Of a stretch of DNA of 64,000 nt, positions 61,364 to 64,000 are shown one piece after another. The notes beneath the pieces are model-generated. The model was not told the DNA's origin and did not search any database. It worked only from the letters and a program-made list of their open reading frames with translations. The translations under genes and the position numbers were made by a program. Source of the DNA: a bacterium. Its GTDB lineage: Bacteria; UBA8248; JACPRG01; G963555815. How positions within the stretch are numbered: position 1 is the stretch's first letter; the number at the start of each line of letters is the position of its first letter. The DNA lies in contig CAUVWX020000001.1 of NCBI GenBank assembly GCA_963555815.3, positions 1,120,001 through 1,184,000 of the forward strand, given 5' to 3'.

Positions 61364-63679
61364 ATGAACCTGACCCATGCGACCCCGCAGGGAGAGACAG
61401 GGTCAGGTCCAGCCCTTCAGGAAATTCAGAGTGTCCTGAATGGGCGACGGCTCGTCGTCGTCTCCAACCGGGCGCCCTATGCGCGCCATCGTAGAGAGGG
61501 AGACGTCCGATGGGTGCGCGCAACCGGTGGGCTCGTCTCCGCCCTGGACCCCGTGCTTCAGGAGTGCCGGGGACTTTGGATTGCCGCCGGGACCCTGAAC
61601 GCCGACGGGACCGCTGAAGATCCACAGGGGTCTGTCGCCCTCCCCCCCGATCATCCTCGCTACACCCTCCAGCGCGTGTGGCTCACCGAATCCGAGGTCC
61701 GAGGCTTCTACTATGGATTCTCGAACGGCGTCCTTTGGCCCCTGTGCCATCTTCAGATGGACAAGGTGCGCTATCGAGAGACCGCCTGGCGCCGCTATCG
61801 AGAGGTGAATGAAAAGTTTGCCGCCGCCGTGGCCGAATCCGCCCGGCCCGATGACGTCATCTGGTGGCAGGATTACCATCTTGCCCTAGCCTCCGCCTTT
61901 CTGAGGGCCCGAAGGCCCGACCTCCTCCAGATCCATTTCTGGCATATTCCCTGGCCCCCCTGGGACATCTTTCGGACCTGCCCTTGGCGTGAGGATCTCC
62001 TAGAGGGCCTCCTCGCCAGCGATCTCCTGGGGTTTCACCTTCAACGATTTTGCGACAACTTCCTCCACTGTGCCGTGGCGGCCCTGGGGGTGCGGGTCAC
62101 TGGGGAAGAGGGGGAATTCAGCCACCAAGAACGAACAGGGCAGGTGAGTCCTTTTCCCATCAGTATTGATTTCTACGAATGGGAGCGAAACGCCCAGTCC
62201 CCCTCAGTAGAGCGCCATCGCCTCCGTCTCTCGCACCCCTTCGAGGTGATGGGGATCGGCGTGGACCGTCTGGACTATACAAAGGGGATTCTGGAGCGTT
62301 TTATTGCCCTTGAGCGCTTCTATGACCGCTACCCCGAACACAGGGGCCGGGTGGGGTTTGTTCAGGTGGCAGTGCCCAGCCGGACCCAGTTGGCCGACTA
62401 CCAGGACTATCGGGCGAAGGTCGAAGCGCAGATTAATCGCATCAATCAACGCTATCAGGTGGGGGATTCCCCGCCCGTCCGGTTTCTCTACCGGAGCTTA
62501 CCCCGGGATGAGCTCATCGCCTACTATCGCCTGGCGGACTTTGCCATCGTGAGTTCGCTCCATGACGGGATGAATCTGGTGGCCAAGGAGTTCATCGCCT
62601 GTCAGGTGGACCAAAAGGGTATCCTCATCTGTAGTGAGTTCGCCGGTGCCGCCGAGGAGCTGGAGAACGCCCTGATCATTAATCCCTATGACTCTGAGGG
62701 CTTTGCGCAGACCCTGAAAGAGGCCGTCGAGATGCCAGTCGAGGAACAGGCCCAGCGGATGGAAGGGCTGCGAGGGCACGTCGCCCGGTATCATATTTTC
62801 AGGTGGTGCGCCGATATCCTAGCCGCCGCCCCCAAAAGAGCCGCTCCCCCTTTCCTCAGGGGTCCCGAGCCGCCCCCGCCAGGGACTTCTGCCCGTCCCC
62901 TGAAGACCGACGCAGAGGCCGCCAAGGCGAGCTTCGCAATCACCCCGACTCCTGCTCTTCTCCTTGACTACGACGGGACCCTCACCCCCATCGCTCCATC
63001 TCCCCAGTCGGCCAAGCTCTCAGCGAGGGCGATAGGCCTTCTGGAGGGACTCAAGGGGTGCGGGGTGTCCGTGGGGATCTTGAGTGGACGTGCCCTCTCT
63101 GATCTAAAGGAGCGGGTCCCCCTCTTTGGGATCACCCTGTCGGGAAACCACGGCCTGGAGATGGAGGGACCGGAGGGCTCCTGGCACCATCCCGAAGCAG
63201 TCCAAAGGCGACCTCTTTTTGCTCGTCTGGCCTCCTCTCTCGAGGAGACCTTCAATGAGGAGCCGGGCGTTTGGGTGGAGGACAAGGGGTTCTCCCTCAG
63301 CCTCCATTACCGCGGGTCCCCTCCTGAGCGAACTGCCGTTATCCGATCGAGGGCAGAGGCCGTGGCCTCAGATTTTGTGGGGATTAGGCTCCGCCGAGGG
63401 AAAAAGGTGATAGAATTTCGCCCAGACATGGACTGGAATAAGGGGAGCCTGCTTCTTCGCCTGATGGAGAAATGGCGGCCGGGGTGGATCCTCTACGCCG
63501 GAGACGACGAGACGGACGAGGACGCCTTTCGGGCAATGGTCGGCGGAGGTTGGGAGGGAATGGCCCTGCGGGTTGGGGAATTTTCTTCCTCAACCTGGGC
63601 AACTCATTGGGCAAAAAACCCGGAGGAGCTGCTGGATTTCCTTGCCCTCCTTCTTTCGGCAAAGAGGAATGGGTCATGA
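61364..63679 (+). CDS. Bifunctional trehalose-6-phosphate synthase/phosphatase (OtsA-OtsB fusion)
   Basis: VSNRAP, QDYH, VDRLDYTKG, DGMNLVAKE; HAD domain DYDGTL and GDDETDED. Confidence 0.93.
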   Translation: MNLTHATPQGETGSGPALQEIQSVLNGRRLVVVSNRAPYARHRREGDVRWVRATGGLVSALDPVLQECRGLWIAAGTLNADGTAEDPQGSVALPPDHPRYTLQRVWLTESEVRGFYYGFSNGVLWPLCHLQMDKVRYRETAWRRYREVNEKFAAAVAESARPDDVIWWQDYHLALASAFLRARRPDLLQIHFWHIPWPPWDIFRTCPWREDLLEGLLASDLLGFHLQRFCDNFLHCAVAALGVRVTGEEGEFSHQERTGQVSPFPISIDFYEWERNAQSPSVERHRLRLSHPFEVMGIGVDRLDYTKGILERFIALERFYDRYPEHRGRVGFVQVAVPSRTQLADYQDYRAKVEAQINRINQRYQVGDSPPVRFLYRSLPRDELIAYYRLADFAIVSSLHDGMNLVAKEFIACQVDQKGILICSEFAGAAEELENALIINPYDSEGFAQTLKEAVEMPVEEQAQRMEGLRGHVARYHIFRWCADILAAAPKRAAPPFLRGPEPPPPGTSARPLKTDAEAAKASFAITPTPALLLDYDGTLTPIAPSPQSAKLSARAIGLLEGLKGCGVSVGILSGRALSDLKERVPLFGITLSGNHGLEMEGPEGSWHHPEAVQRRPLFARLASSLEETFNEEPGVWVEDKGFSLSLHYRGSPPERTAVIRSRAEAVASDFVGIRLRRGKKVIEFRPDMDWNKGSLLLRLMEKWRPGWILYAGDDETDEDAFRAMVGGGWEGMALRVGEFSSSTWATHWAKNPEELLDFLALLLSAKRNGS

Positions 63680-64000
63680 TTAATATCGCCGGGATCAATC
63701 TTAACTTGATTACCCAAGCGGCTATCCCCATCGCCGTCTTTGTTGGTGTGATCCTTCTGGCTTTCTTGGCCCGCCGGCTCCTCTTCGTCTTCTTGCGAAG
63801 GTTGGCCCGGCGAACCGAGACCCCCCTAGACAACATCCTGGTCGACTCAATAAAAGGGGCTTCTGTTCTCTGGTGTTTCATCTTTGGGATCTATTTCGCT
63901 CTTGCCTCGGCAGAGGTGCCGCCCACTCTGGCCAAAAACGCGGGGCTTGTGCTGAGCTCCCTCATTATCATGTCGGTCACCTTGGCCGCGGCGAACACCC
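63676..64000 (+). CDS. Probable MscS mechanosensitive channel, N-terminal part (partial)
   Basis: ATGA overlap with the upstream stop; TM helices with RRLARRTETPLDNIL linker typical of MscS N-termini. Confidence 0.65.
   Translation, partial: MINIAGINLNLITQAAIPIAVFVGVILLAFLARRLLFVFLRRLARRTETPLDNILVDSIKGASVLWCFIFGIYFALASAEVPPTLAKNAGLVLSSLIIMSVTLAAANT

Overview
GC-rich bacterial chromosomal segment made up mostly of housekeeping genes: kdsD/kdsC, methylmalonyl-CoA mutase, alaS, bioBFA, hemL, mtnP, asd-leuBDC, apt, ilvD, tldD/pmbA, degP, lepA-lepB, rsmA/pdxA, gltA-icd-mdh and a fused trehalose-6-P synthase/phosphatase. Three accessory regions stand out. (1) A decaying islet next to the 3' end of tRNA-fMet (~11.7-15.2 kb). 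(2) A nested insertion at 26.6-30.8 kb, the strongest finding. A 2,546-bp IS1595-family element (27029-29574; 24-bp imperfect TIRs, 8-bp TSD ATTATTAA) carries a Dam-like methyltransferase, a small ORF and a PD-(D/E)XK nuclease. It has GATC sites in both ends and in its promoter/RBS region. It splits an SGNH hydrolase gene, which itself lies between 74-bp direct repeats duplicating the 3' end of an ABC substrate-binding gene. (3) Two tandem secreted FG-GAP/ASPIC-UnbV (CRTAC1-like) paralogs followed by a ferredoxin and a QueG/reductive-dehalogenase-like gene pair. A structured ~165-nt RNA candidate (6S-like or a cis-acting switch) lies at ~33.6-33.8 kb. Several +1 frameshifts in homopolymer runs, including two in lepA, suggest some sequencing error. 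All family assignments are from motif recognition only; no database searches were run.
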